Source: a virus. Taken from it: a stretch of DNA of 64,000 nucleotides. Shown one piece after another: positions 8,363 to 18,003 of this stretch (the stretch's first letter is position 1; the number at the start of each line of letters is the position of its first letter). The notes below the pieces were generated by a model. The model was not told where the DNA came from and did no database searches. It saw nothing but the letters and a program-made list of their open reading frames with translations. The stretch is taken from IMG/VR virus record IMGVR_UViG_3300025030_000086, positions 9,158 through 73,157 of that record; one strand, written 5' to 3'. A program made the position numbers and the translations under genes.

Positions 8363-9778
8363 ATGAATTATTTCCAAGATAAATTTTCAACTCTATATTT
8401 AGGTGATTGTTTGGAAGAATTAAAAAATATTGAGGATAATAGCATTGATTCTATTGTTACTGATCCTCCTTATGGTTATTCCTTCATGGGAAAAGATTGG
8501 GATAAAGCCGTGCCCTCAATTAGTATTTGGAAAGAATGTTTAAGAGTTTTAAAACCCGGTTCTTTTGCTTTTATAATGTCTTCTCCAAGACAGGATATTT
8601 TATCAAGAATGATTATAAATTTGCAAGATGCTGGGTTTAGAACAGATTTTACAAGTATCTATTGGGCCTATGCTTCTGGATTTCCTAAAGCTACAAATAT
8701 AAGTAAAATTATAGATAAAAGATTGGGATGCGAAAGAGAAGTTATAGAAAATAGGAAAGTAACAGAGAATATGTCAAAAATGAGTAAGAATAGTCCAAAT
8801 AAAGATGGATATCCAAAACGACCAAGACCGAAAGACAATTATTGGACAGGAGAAATTTTAGATACTAAAGCTATAAGTGAGCAAGCTAAAGAATTTGATG
8901 GTTCTTATTCAGGATTCCAACCAAAACCAGCAGTAGAAATTATTATTGTATGCATGAAACCTTTATCTGAAAAAACTTTTGTTGAGCAAGCATTGAATAA
9001 TGGTAAGGGGATTACTTGGTTAGATAATTGCAGGATTCCTTATGAAAATAATTGTAGATTAAACAAAGGTGATAGTTATAAAGGAAATAGGAATGGTAGT
9101 AATAAAAAGTCTTTTTATCAAAAAGGTAATGGTAATATAGATTATAAATATGAATTACCGAATGGTAGATTTCCAGCTAATCTTTTAGTTTCTGATGATA
9201 TATTAAATGACGGTATTGATAGAAAAGGTGTTTCCGGTGGAGGCCCTAAAGAGTATGGCGGTGGTGGCGGCTTTGATAATAATTTGAATAGGCAACCTGT
9301 AAAAAATTATTATAATGATTCTGGTTCTTTTAGTAGATATTTTGATATTGATAAATGGTTTGAAACTAAAATAAAAGAATTACCAATTAGTATACAAAAA
9401 GTTTTTCCTTTTTTAATAGAATCTAAAGCATCTAAATCTGAAAAGGTAAAAGGTTTAGAATTTGAAAAATACAAAATTGGTGGCGGTATAAATGGTACAG
9501 AAGATATGTCATTGAGGACAGGAAGTGGGAATGAAAGAAATAATTTAAATAAGAACAATCACCCAACAGTTAAACCAATAAAATTAATGAGTTACTTAAT
9601 AACTTTAGGAAGTAGAGAAAATGATATTATTCTTGACCCATTTATGGGCAGTGGTTCTACAGGTATTGCTTCTAAATTATTGAATAGGAAATTTATTGGT
9701 ATTGAAAAAGAAGAAGAATACATTGAAATTGCTTCAAAAAGAATAGAAATTGTAAATAATCAACAAAAATTAATTTGA
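8363..9778 (+). CDS. DNA N4-cytosine/N6-adenine methyltransferase (beta class)
   Basis: N-terminal VTDPPY; C-terminal HPTVKP and LDPFMGSGSTG; likely ATG at 8363. Confidence 0.9.
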   Translation: MNYFQDKFSTLYLGDCLEELKNIEDNSIDSIVTDPPYGYSFMGKDWDKAVPSISIWKECLRVLKPGSFAFIMSSPRQDILSRMIINLQDAGFRTDFTSIYWAYASGFPKATNISKIIDKRLGCEREVIENRKVTENMSKMSKNSPNKDGYPKRPRPKDNYWTGEILDTKAISEQAKEFDGSYSGFQPKPAVEIIIVCMKPLSEKTFVEQALNNGKGITWLDNCRIPYENNCRLNKGDSYKGNRNGSNKKSFYQKGNGNIDYKYELPNGRFPANLLVSDDILNDGIDRKGVSGGGPKEYGGGGGFDNNLNRQPVKNYYNDSGSFSRYFDIDKWFETKIKELPISIQKVFPFLIESKASKSEKVKGLEFEKYKIGGGINGTEDMSLRTGSGNERNNLNKNNHPTVKPIKLMSYLITLGSRENDIILDPFMGSGSTGIASKLLNRKFIGIEKEEEYIEIASKRIEIVNNQQKLI

Positions 9779-10714
9779 CATACACGTGAGTATTTAATAT
9801 GAAAGTAGGATTAATAGATGTGGATTCCAAAATTCCAAATATTGCTTTGATGAAGCTATCCACATTTCATAAAGAAAGAGGAGATGCAGTAGAATTTTGG
9901 AAAGGTTCATTTTTTAATGATGAATATGATAAAATGTATGCTTCTAAAGTTTTTGATTTTTCTTCATTACCAAATGGGATGGACAAAAAGACAATTATTG
10001 GTGGAACGGGTTATGATTTAACTATTAAATTACCTGATGATATTGAATATTTATGTCCTGATTATTCATTGTATCCTAATTGTGATTATTCTATAGGATT
10101 TATTACAAGAGGTTGCAGCAGGAATTGTTCATTTTGCAAAGTTCCTAAAAAAGAGGGTAAAATTAGATTTAATCAATCATGGGAAAATTTTAAAAATCCA
10201 AATGGAAAATATTGGGTATTCTTAGATAATAATATCCTTGCCTATGAAAATCATTTAGATATTTTAAAAGAGATTAATGAAAGAAAAATGGTTATAGATT
10301 TTAACCAAGCAACAGATATAAGATTAGTTACAGAAGAAAATGCAAAAATATTGGCAACAATTAAATGGCATTCTTTTTACAGATTTTCTTTCGATTGGAT
10401 ATTTTTAGATAAACAGATTATTGAAAAGGTTAAGTTACTAAACAATTTTGGGTTATCCTCTTATAAAATGTTTTGTTTCATTTTGATTGGTTACAACACA
10501 ACTGTTGAGGAAGATTTATATAGAGTAGAATTATGTAGAGAATTAAAAATAAATCCTTTTGTTATGCCATATAATAAATTTGATAAATACCAAAAAGACT
10601 TTTCCAGATGGGTTAATCATAAAGCTATTTTTAAATTTGTTGCTTGGGAGGATTATAAGAAAAAGAATTGGGAAATGGTTGATATGAATGGACAACAAAA
10701 ATTAATTTGACATA
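9761..10714 (+). repeat. 22-bp direct repeat CAACAAAAATTAATTTGACATA (9761-9782 and 10693-10714)
   Basis: Identical 3' ends of the MTase and radical SAM genes (QQKLI-stop), each including TTGACA. Confidence 0.9.
9799..10710 (+). CDS. radical SAM protein (phage family often next to DNA methyltransferases)
   Basis: TRGCSRNCSFC (CxxxCxxC), PNIALMKLS N-terminus, FLDNN. Confidence 0.85.
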   Translation: MKVGLIDVDSKIPNIALMKLSTFHKERGDAVEFWKGSFFNDEYDKMYASKVFDFSSLPNGMDKKTIIGGTGYDLTIKLPDDIEYLCPDYSLYPNCDYSIGFITRGCSRNCSFCKVPKKEGKIRFNQSWENFKNPNGKYWVFLDNNILAYENHLDILKEINERKMVIDFNQATDIRLVTEENAKILATIKWHSFYRFSFDWIFLDKQIIEKVKLLNNFGLSSYKMFCFILIGYNTTVEEDLYRVELCRELKINPFVMPYNKFDKYQKDFSRWVNHKAIFKFVAWEDYKKKNWEMVDMNGQQKLI

Positions 10715-10734
10715 TTCATAGATTATGATAATAT
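10707..10734 (+). promoter_or_regulatory. sigma70-type promoter for the tRNA-like RNA
   Basis: TTGACA-16-TAATAT with extended -10 TG. Confidence 0.6.
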
Positions 10735-10753
10735 TAAATTATAAGGAAAAAAT

Positions 10754-10824
10754 GCGGTCAAAGTTTCAAGAGAGAAACACTTTTACCCAAAGAGGGGAAG
10801 GGGCAGTACCTTCTGACCGCTTCA
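10754..10824 (+). ncRNA. atypical tRNA-like RNA with glycine identity elements
   Basis: GCGGTCA/TGACCGC acceptor, U discriminator, GTTTC/GAAAC arm, short CTTTT-ACCCA-AAGAG arm, GAAGG-GGCAGTA-CCTTC T arm, ends TCA. Confidence 0.7.
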
Positions 10825-11121
10825 AATAATATGATAACAATAACAGTTTTTTATTCAATAGCAGATGGAAAAATTGTAACAGAAAAGGATTTAGATGTTA
10901 TTGATGCAGACATGAATTCTTTAATGCGGGAATGTGTCAATAAAGGATTTAAGGTAAATAATTATCAAGATAGAATTTTTCATTAAGGGGGACTAAAAAT
11001 GTCAAGAATAAATAATGCATATGTAAAGGAAGTATTAACAATAATTTTTGTTTTCTTTGTTTTCATCGTTGTTCCTATTTTTGTAATATTGACAGTAACT
11101 TAAAATATAGGAGAAATAAAG

Positions 11122-11331
11122 ATGTCAAAGGATAGTAATGTAACTTATACAAGTTTTCCAATAGCTTCAGTATTAGCAATAGTTTTTGTTGTACTAAAAT
11201 TAACAAATAATATCTCTTGGTCATGGTGGTGGGTGTTATCCCCACTATGGATACCTTTAGGTCTTATAGCTGTACTATTTGTTATTATATTTATTTTTTT
11301 GTTTGTAAAAACTTTGTTGGGGAGAACATGA
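11122..11331 (+). CDS. small membrane protein (WxWxWVLSPLW family)
   Basis: Two hydrophobic segments; paralogs at 44903 and 49224. Confidence 0.7.
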   Translation: MSKDSNVTYTSFPIASVLAIVFVVLKLTNNISWSWWWVLSPLWIPLGLIAVLFVIIFIFLFVKTLLGRT

Positions 11332-11555
11332 GTAGGATGTATACAAAATTATCTTGTGGATGTATGGTATCCTGTGAAGGTGCTGGTAGGCTTTTAGGTA
11401 CATGTCATAGGGATAATTGTCAATTTGCTATTTGGGTTCAGAAACACAGACAATGCCAGATATGTAATGAATGTTTGTTATGTAGTAATCATGATGGACA
11501 TTCTGAAAAGTTGGATGGTTTAGATTATTTAAAATCTATTTTGGGGATAAAGTAA
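11328..11555 (+). CDS. Cys/His-rich hypothetical protein
   Basis: ATG at 11328 after GGGAG, overlapping the previous stop. Confidence 0.55.
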   Translation: MSRMYTKLSCGCMVSCEGAGRLLGTCHRDNCQFAIWVQKHRQCQICNECLLCSNHDGHSEKLDGLDYLKSILGIK

Positions 11556-11752
11556 TGAATTCGCCAAATATTGCTCATGTAGCACTTAATAGAAGAGGGG
11601 CTTTGGAATTAGGGCAATCACCTTGTAATGTATGTGGCTGTGGTTATGCTTCATATTCTATAAATAAATCTGAATCTTGTCAAGATATTTGTGAAGAATT
11701 TAAAGAATATGTAAGTATATTGATAGAAAGATCTAAGAATGAGCAAAATTAA
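11555..11752 (+). CDS. hypothetical protein
   Basis: Translationally coupled ORF. Confidence 0.5.
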   Translation: MNSPNIAHVALNRRGALELGQSPCNVCGCGYASYSINKSESCQDICEEFKEYVSILIERSKNEQN

Positions 11753-12014
11753 ATGTCTCAATTGTGATATGATATTAGAATCTATTTATATGCATGATTT
11801 TCGTAGTTGTGATTGTGAAAATAGAACTTATATTGATGGTGGTGATAAATATATGAGATTTGGGTGTATGGATATAACTAAAGTATTGTTTTGGAATGAA
11901 AAAATGGGAAAGTTTTTGCCATATACTACAATAGTTAAAGAAGAAAGTATTGAGGAGCAAAAGGAGGGAGTAGTATGTTCAGAAAATTGTGGCAAACATT
12001 GTTCACAAAAGTAA
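11739..12014 (+). CDS. conserved phage Zn-binding protein
   Basis: KCxxC..ES..HDF..CxC...IDGG..Y.R pattern. Confidence 0.65.
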   Translation: MSKIKCLNCDMILESIYMHDFRSCDCENRTYIDGGDKYMRFGCMDITKVLFWNEKMGKFLPYTTIVKEESIEEQKEGVVCSENCGKHCSQK

Positions 12015-12090
12015 AATATAATACTTTAAATTCTTTTCAATTTTCCTTAATATGTAATATCAAATCTGGTAATATTAGGAGGATTGTTTA

Positions 12091-12717
12091 ATGAAATTAA
12101 TTGACCAAACATTTGAAATACTTACACCTATTGATAGTGATAAAATTTTAAGGAATCTTGAAAAAATAGGAAGGATCAGTTATAAAAGTGAAAATTTAAT
12201 AACTGAAGATAGTGCTAAAAAGTTTATTAAAAAGATAATAGAAAACAAACATGAAGCTGTTATAGAACATGAGAATATTTCTATCAAAGTTATAACAGAT
12301 AGGGGGGTTAGTCATGAGATTGTCAGACATCGCATAGCGTCTTATATACAAGAAAGTACAAGATTTTGTAATTACAGCAAAGAGAAATTTGGAAATGAAA
12401 TAGTTTATATAAAACCAGTAGATTTTGAATTATTGAAAAAAGATATAAAATTATTACAAACCATAGAACAACACTATTTAGAACGATTGAAAGATGGATT
12501 AACACCACAGCAAGCAAGATATTTTTTACCCAATGGACTTAAAACAGAAATTGTCATTACAATGAATTTGAGAGAATGGAGACATTTTTTTAAACTTAGA
12601 ACTGCCAAAGCAGCACATCCTCAAATGAGATATATGGCAAAAAATATTTTATGCAAATTGAATGAATTAGTAATGGTGATTTTTGAGGATTTGGGGGATT
12701 TGCATGAAATATCTTAA
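12091..12717 (+). CDS. thyX: FAD-dependent thymidylate synthase
   Basis: HEAVIEH, RGVSHEIVRHR, QESTRF, ARYFLP, NLREWRHFFKLR, AHPQMR. Confidence 0.95.
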   Translation: MKLIDQTFEILTPIDSDKILRNLEKIGRISYKSENLITEDSAKKFIKKIIENKHEAVIEHENISIKVITDRGVSHEIVRHRIASYIQESTRFCNYSKEKFGNEIVYIKPVDFELLKKDIKLLQTIEQHYLERLKDGLTPQQARYFLPNGLKTEIVITMNLREWRHFFKLRTAKAAHPQMRYMAKNILCKLNELVMVIFEDLGDLHEIS

Positions 12718-12719
12718 AT

Positions 12720-12848
12720 TTGATAAAAATTTTAGAACTGAAAGACAATGGAAATTACACACAACAACAATTAGCTGGAATATTTGAAATAAAGCAACAA
12801 ATGATTTCTTTTATTATAAATAATAAAAGTTGGAAAGGGATTAAATAA
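12720..12848 (+). pseudogene. remnant of HNH homing endonuclease (C-terminal HTH only)
   Basis: Translates LIKILELKDNGNYTQQQLAGIFEIKQQMISFIINNKSWKGIK*, matching the HTH tails of 2064/31255/35123; the upstream ATG is out of frame. Confidence 0.7.
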
Positions 12849-13954
12849 TGTCAATTCTTAAAATAGAAATTTGTAGAATAGAAAAGGTAGAAAATCATCC
12901 CAACGCTGATAGACTTGAAATAATTCAAGTTAAGGGTTGGAATTGTGTAGTTTCTAAAGGTTCATTTTTAGAAGGAGATTTATGTCTCTTTTTTCCAATA
13001 GACAGTATATTACCAGAAGAATTGGAAAAAAGAATATTTGGAGAAGACTCTAAAGTTAAATTGAATAAACATAGAGTTCGTACTATAAAATTGAGGGGAA
13101 TAATATCTCAGGGGTTGGTTATTAAACCCGAAGTGGCTGATATATTTGGTGCAAAAGAAGGTCAGGATTTTATATCACAACTTGGGATAATAAAGTATGA
13201 ACCCCCAGAAGAATTACCAAGTGTTTATGGGACTTGCAATAAGATTAAAAAAAGATATATTAATAGTAATTTCCATAAATATACATGTATAGAAAATATA
13301 AAGAACCATCCAAAGGTATTTGAGGATGGGGAAAGTGTGTATATAAGTGAAAAATTGCACGGGAGCAGTTTTAGATCGGGATGGGTAAAGAATGAAGCAA
13401 ATACTATATGGAAAAAGATTAAGAAATTATTTGGTTTATTACCAACACATGAATTTATTGTAGGGTCACGCAATGTTCAATTATCTTATAGAAATAAGAA
13501 TAAATACTTTTATGATAATAATGTATATGCGAGAATAGCAGAAAAGTATGATTTAAAAAATAAGTTAAAATTGGGCGAAGTAATTTATGGTGAAATCGTA
13601 GGAGATGGTATTCAACATGGATATGGTTATGGATGCAGACCAAATGAAACAGACTTTTATGCCTATGACCTCATGGTAAATGATAAATGGTTAAATGTTG
13701 TGGATTTTATAGATAGTTGTAAAATAAAAAGAATATCAACAGTACCTTTTCTGTACATAGGCCCATATAGTAAACAAATTGTGGATACATTTACAATAGG
13801 GGCATCTTTGCTATGCCCAACAGGACAGCCAATCAGAGAGGGCTGTGTGATTAAACCACTTGAGGAAAAGAATAATCCTTATGTTGGTAGAAAAGTTTTA
13901 AAATCTATAAATTCAGAGTATCTTTTGTTAAAAAATAACTCAGATTTCCATTAA
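12848..13954 (+). CDS. RNA ligase (DRB0094/Rnl2-like) with N-terminal OB/tRNA-binding domain
   Basis: HPNADRLE, KLRGIISQG, motif I SEKLHGSS, YGEIVG, REGCVIK, LKSIN. Confidence 0.9.
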   Translation: MSILKIEICRIEKVENHPNADRLEIIQVKGWNCVVSKGSFLEGDLCLFFPIDSILPEELEKRIFGEDSKVKLNKHRVRTIKLRGIISQGLVIKPEVADIFGAKEGQDFISQLGIIKYEPPEELPSVYGTCNKIKKRYINSNFHKYTCIENIKNHPKVFEDGESVYISEKLHGSSFRSGWVKNEANTIWKKIKKLFGLLPTHEFIVGSRNVQLSYRNKNKYFYDNNVYARIAEKYDLKNKLKLGEVIYGEIVGDGIQHGYGYGCRPNETDFYAYDLMVNDKWLNVVDFIDSCKIKRISTVPFLYIGPYSKQIVDTFTIGASLLCPTGQPIREGCVIKPLEEKNNPYVGRKVLKSINSEYLLLKNNSDFH

Positions 13955-13967
13955 TTAGGAGGTTCTT

Positions 13968-14294
13968 ATGTCAGTACATATATGCCCTATCTGTCAAGGG
14001 AGAGGTAAAGTAATTAAAGGTTTTTATGATTATGAAAATGAGTTAATGACATCAACACCTTTATCAGAAACCGAAGAATGCAGGACATGCAAAGGATTGG
14101 GGATTGTTTGGAATAATGTTCCTACTTATTCATACTACTCATTACCTAATTTACCTATGAGAGAAGATAATTTACCAATAAGAGATATTCCGTATAATCC
14201 ATGTGATACTTGTCCTGTTAGGAGGAATACGAATTGGAATGGTGTTTGTCATTGTACATTACCTCATATATATAATAGTAATATAAGATATTAA
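13968..14294 (+). CDS. DnaJ-type CxxCxGxG zinc-finger protein with second Cys cluster
   Basis: CPICQGRG, CRTCKGLG, NPCDTC..CHCTLP. Confidence 0.65.
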   Translation: MSVHICPICQGRGKVIKGFYDYENELMTSTPLSETEECRTCKGLGIVWNNVPTYSYYSLPNLPMREDNLPIRDIPYNPCDTCPVRRNTNWNGVCHCTLPHIYNSNIRY

Positions 14295-14295
14295 A

Positions 14296-14490
14296 ATGAA
14301 GAAATTAATTATATCACCAATGGAAATAGCAATAGCTACGCCACCATTTCCTTATATATATTTTTGTGAAGAAGCATGGAACAAGTGGTTTACGAATAAG
14401 CTAATATTAGCTGGTTTTGATTTAACTAAAGAATTTAAACAAATAGAATTTAAAGCTGTTGGTGGAGTTATTTTTACACAAGATGAATAA
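14296..14490 (+). CDS. hypothetical protein
   Basis: Packed ORF. Confidence 0.5.
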   Translation: MKKLIISPMEIAIATPPFPYIYFCEEAWNKWFTNKLILAGFDLTKEFKQIEFKAVGGVIFTQDE

Positions 14491-15250
14491 TAGAATCCTG
14501 CATGGGCTTGAATTTGAGCTTCAATTAATGGTTGAAACAGAAGAAGGTCTAAAAGTTGTTTCAGCAGAGAATTATTTAAATAGACATTATAATTTATTGC
14601 CTCAATGCACAACTTTTGATTATGGAAATTTGGAGATTTCTACCCCACCAAGAGAGAGTTATAAAGAAGCTGTAGATATAGCAAACTATATTTTAACAGA
14701 TAAATTAGTACCTGCACTTATTAATGATTTTAAACTTGAAAAGTTTGCCTTATTTTTACCAACTCCTATGTGTAGATTTTTTTATAATGAGGAGCCTGTT
14801 TATCATATACGAAATAAAAAAAGAATTTATACAGGTAAAAAGATTCAAATAATTAGACCAAATGAGGAGGTTTGTTGTTTAAAACATTGGAATATATCTA
14901 TTAATATTGACCCAGATGTATGTGAACGAGAGGGTGGCATGAAAGCTTTTTTGGAAATTCCTAATTACCATAATTTTAAAGATTATCTTGATAAATTTAT
15001 GAAAAAATACTGGCCATATAATTATGAATTACTCTTGTCTAAAGGTTATCAAGTAGTAGTAAAAGATTTAGAAATACCTTATGATGGTAGAGTTCATATA
15101 AAAATACCGTATCATTATACACCAATTAATAGTAATCCTAACCTGTTGCCTAGATTTGAAGATATACTTTTACCACCGGATAGGGGATGGAAAAACTTAG
15201 TTTGTTACTATAAAGATAATAGTTTTACAAAAGTGAGGGATTTGATATGA
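14483..15250 (+). CDS. putative COOH-NH2 ligase (glutamine synthetase/GCS fold)
   Basis: HGLEFEL (GxExE), D.GNLEISTPP, H.NISIN. Confidence 0.45.
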   Translation: MNNRILHGLEFELQLMVETEEGLKVVSAENYLNRHYNLLPQCTTFDYGNLEISTPPRESYKEAVDIANYILTDKLVPALINDFKLEKFALFLPTPMCRFFYNEEPVYHIRNKKRIYTGKKIQIIRPNEEVCCLKHWNISINIDPDVCEREGGMKAFLEIPNYHNFKDYLDKFMKKYWPYNYELLLSKGYQVVVKDLEIPYDGRVHIKIPYHYTPINSNPNLLPRFEDILLPPDRGWKNLVCYYKDNSFTKVRDLI

Positions 15251-15416
15251 TAAATTGGCTTATACATACTCCACATATGATAATAAGTATGTTCATAATT
15301 ATACTTTTAGTAAAGACTTTGCTTGATATTAGGAGATGATATGACAACTTGGATTCTTAATAATCAAGACGTTATATTGGGTATATTCATAGGACTTTGC
15401 TTAGGAAAGATACTAC

Positions 15417-15722
15417 TTGACAATAGGTAATATATTAGTTAATATTATATATGACACTGATTATGATGTTTATGTTGGACGGGGAAGCAAATGGGGTAAT
15501 CCTTTCTATATAGAAAAAGATAGTTATGGATGTGAAATAGAAGGTAGTAGAGAAGGCATAATAAAATTATATGAACAATGGATAAGAAAACAAAAATATT
15601 TAATTGATTCTTTACATGAATTAAGAGATAAAAAGTTGGGTTGTTTTTGCTATCCATTGCCTTGTCATGGAGATGTATTAATAAAATTAATTGGAGAGAT
15701 ATATGAAAATAGTAATATGTGA
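15417..15722 (+). CDS. DUF4326 family protein
   Basis: VYVGRGSKWGNPF..LGCFCYPLPCHGDVL. Confidence 0.85.
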   Translation: MTIGNILVNIIYDTDYDVYVGRGSKWGNPFYIEKDSYGCEIEGSREGIIKLYEQWIRKQKYLIDSLHELRDKKLGCFCYPLPCHGDVLIKLIGEIYENSNM

Positions 15723-16137
15723 TAATAAGCATGAAATTGACTGTTACGAAGTGCATTGTACAATATGTGCATTACTTCATGAAATTAAAAGATTAAAAAA
15801 AGAAGTAGAAAGAACAAAAGAGATTTATTCAACTTATGTAAATAGATATTAATTTAGGAAATGATATTGGTTCTCTATTAAATACTACGAAAGAACCAAA
15901 AGAAAGAAAAATAGAGGATTGTGGTTTATGTGGCACTTGCAAATTTTTTCATTTAACAAAAACAAAATTTGAAGTAATTAAATCTAAATGTACGTTACAG
16001 AATTTTAATATTTCAGTAAAAGACCCTATAATATTTTGTAATACTTATCAAAAAATGGGTGAAATGTCATTATATGAGATGTCTCAAATAGCATTTTTTA
16101 TTGAGATTGAGGAAGAAGAAGAGAAGGTGGGATTCTG

Positions 16138-16341
16138 ATGGCTGATTTTTGCAAACAATGTGCGGATGAATTAGGTTTACCAAATAAAGATTTAGTGGGG
16201 ATTACTACAGAAAAGGATATGTTAGATAAAAAATCTCAATTAGTTATATGTGAAGGTTGTGGATATACACAAGTAGATACACAAGGTATTTGTTTAACTA
16301 AGTGTTTATTAAGGCATGGTACTTTTGGTGGTTGGAATTAA
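16138..16341 (+). CDS. conserved small Cys-rich phage protein
   Basis: MADFCKQC...VICEGCG..QVD..G.C. Confidence 0.65.
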   Translation: MADFCKQCADELGLPNKDLVGITTEKDMLDKKSQLVICEGCGYTQVDTQGICLTKCLLRHGTFGGWN

Positions 16342-16356
16342 TAAAAGGAGATAAAT

Positions 16357-17277
16357 ATGCAAATTAAGACAATTGAAAAAAATTTAAGAGGTAAGATGAA
16401 TGAATGGTTATTGACTATAACTGATGAGGAACTTCGTGGAAAAGTGAAGAATAATTTATTAGTTAGTGGTGGTAGTATAGTTTCTTTGCTATTGAGAGAA
16501 GATGTGAATGATTATGATGTCTATATTAAAGATATGGATGTATTAATAGAATTGGTAAAATATTATACCAATAATTATCAAAATATAACAATTTTAGATG
16601 GTAGAAAAAAAGCAGATTATGTCTCCTTTTTAAAGCTTGACCAAATAGGCATATATAAAATTACTGTAGAAAATTTGAAACCTGATCAAGTTAAACTATA
16701 TTTTGAAAACAAAACAGGAGGACATAGGACTCTTGAGGAAGTTGGGAATCTAAAATATGTTCCGTTATTCTTTAGTCCGAATGCAATATCATTATCAAAT
16801 AATGTGCAAATTGTTACACGTTTTCATGGAAATAATGAGGATATACATAAAACTTTTGACTTTATACATGCAACTAATTATTTTACATTTAAAGAAGGTC
16901 TTGTTACAAATAAAGAAGCCTTGGAATCTATTATTTGCAAACAACTAAAATATCAAGGTAGCTTATATCCATTAACTTCTATTATACGAATGAAGAAATT
17001 TATAAAAAGAGGTTGGAATATCAATGCAGGTGAAATACTAAAGATTATGTTCCAGATATCGGAACTTAACTTGCATGACCTAAATGTTTTAGAGGAGCAA
17101 CTGATTGGCATAGACGTGGCTTATTTTGCAGAACTTATTCAAATATTAAGAACTGTGGATGCTTCTAAAATTACAAGCTCTTATATAAATGAGATTATTG
17201 ATAGAGTATTTAATACCGCTGATGAAGATATTGAGACAAATACTAAATTAATAAATGATGTAGGGGATGCTTTATGA
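16357..17277 (+). CDS. nucleotidyltransferase-like protein (Pol beta superfamily)
   Basis: VSGGSI..DVNDYDVY, NAISL, FDFIH, RMKKFIKRGW. Confidence 0.65.
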   Translation: MQIKTIEKNLRGKMNEWLLTITDEELRGKVKNNLLVSGGSIVSLLLREDVNDYDVYIKDMDVLIELVKYYTNNYQNITILDGRKKADYVSFLKLDQIGIYKITVENLKPDQVKLYFENKTGGHRTLEEVGNLKYVPLFFSPNAISLSNNVQIVTRFHGNNEDIHKTFDFIHATNYFTFKEGLVTNKEALESIICKQLKYQGSLYPLTSIIRMKKFIKRGWNINAGEILKIMFQISELNLHDLNVLEEQLIGIDVAYFAELIQILRTVDASKITSSYINEIIDRVFNTADEDIETNTKLINDVGDAL

Positions 17278-17513
17278 AAAAAGATTATTCATCTGAATAT
17301 GATAAGAATTATCTAAGTTTTGAAAAGATAAGTGGTAAAAAAATAAAAGATATTATTGGTTATACCTGTGAAGGATTTGATGGAGACCATTGTTTTAAAA
17401 TTCATGCTATTATTTTTGAGGATAAAACTAAATTTTTTGTAGAAGGGGAACATGATCTTCCTTATATAACAGTTGATGAGAAAACTGATGCAACTATAAA
17501 GAGTGTTTCATAA
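17274..17513 (+). CDS. hypothetical protein
   Basis: Coupled ORF with GGGG RBS. Confidence 0.55.
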   Translation: MKKDYSSEYDKNYLSFEKISGKKIKDIIGYTCEGFDGDHCFKIHAIIFEDKTKFFVEGEHDLPYITVDEKTDATIKSVS

Positions 17514-17758
17514 TGATTGATGGATTATTGGGCAAAATAGATAGTATAAGAATTTTACAAAATCTGTTAATCCCTAATTATACAAATAAACAAACTTTTA
17601 TTCCAAAAAGTAAAAAGAAAAGAATTATTAATAAGTGCAGGAAAAAATATACTATATCAGTTTCAAATAATTTCACATTTTGGTTAGATAATACAAGTGT
17701 TGTTTGTTCAAATTTAATGTATAATACATTTCTTAAATTGAAGATTTGGGGGAAATAA
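17513..17758 (+). CDS. hypothetical protein
   Basis: Coupled ORF. Confidence 0.5.
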   Translation: MIDGLLGKIDSIRILQNLLIPNYTNKQTFIPKSKKKRIINKCRKKYTISVSNNFTFWLDNTSVVCSNLMYNTFLKLKIWGK

Positions 17759-18003
17759 TGAAAAGATTTAGCTTGTTATTTAGTGATGGTAAGGATTTCG
17801 TCTTTATTCCAAATAAAGAAATATGCAAGAAATTATTTGGTAATAAGAAAAATGCTGTAATATATATTAAAAAATCTAAAAATGTGTATGCAACAGAAGG
17901 CAGGTCTATTAGTTTGTATGATTTAGAACAATGTGGGTTCAAGAAAATTAAAGCAAATGAGGAACCACAAGAAGTTCTTACTTTGTTAGATGAATTTATA
18001 TGA
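17758..18003 (+). CDS. hypothetical protein
   Basis: Coupled ORF, ATG 17758. Confidence 0.5.
   Translation: MKRFSLLFSDGKDFVFIPNKEICKKLFGNKKNAVIYIKKSKNVYATEGRSISLYDLEQCGFKKIKANEEPQEVLTLLDEFI

Noticed and set aside
10754-10824. tmRNA
   Set aside because: The T loop resembles the alphaproteobacterial variant, but there is no G3-U70 pair and no tag reading frame.
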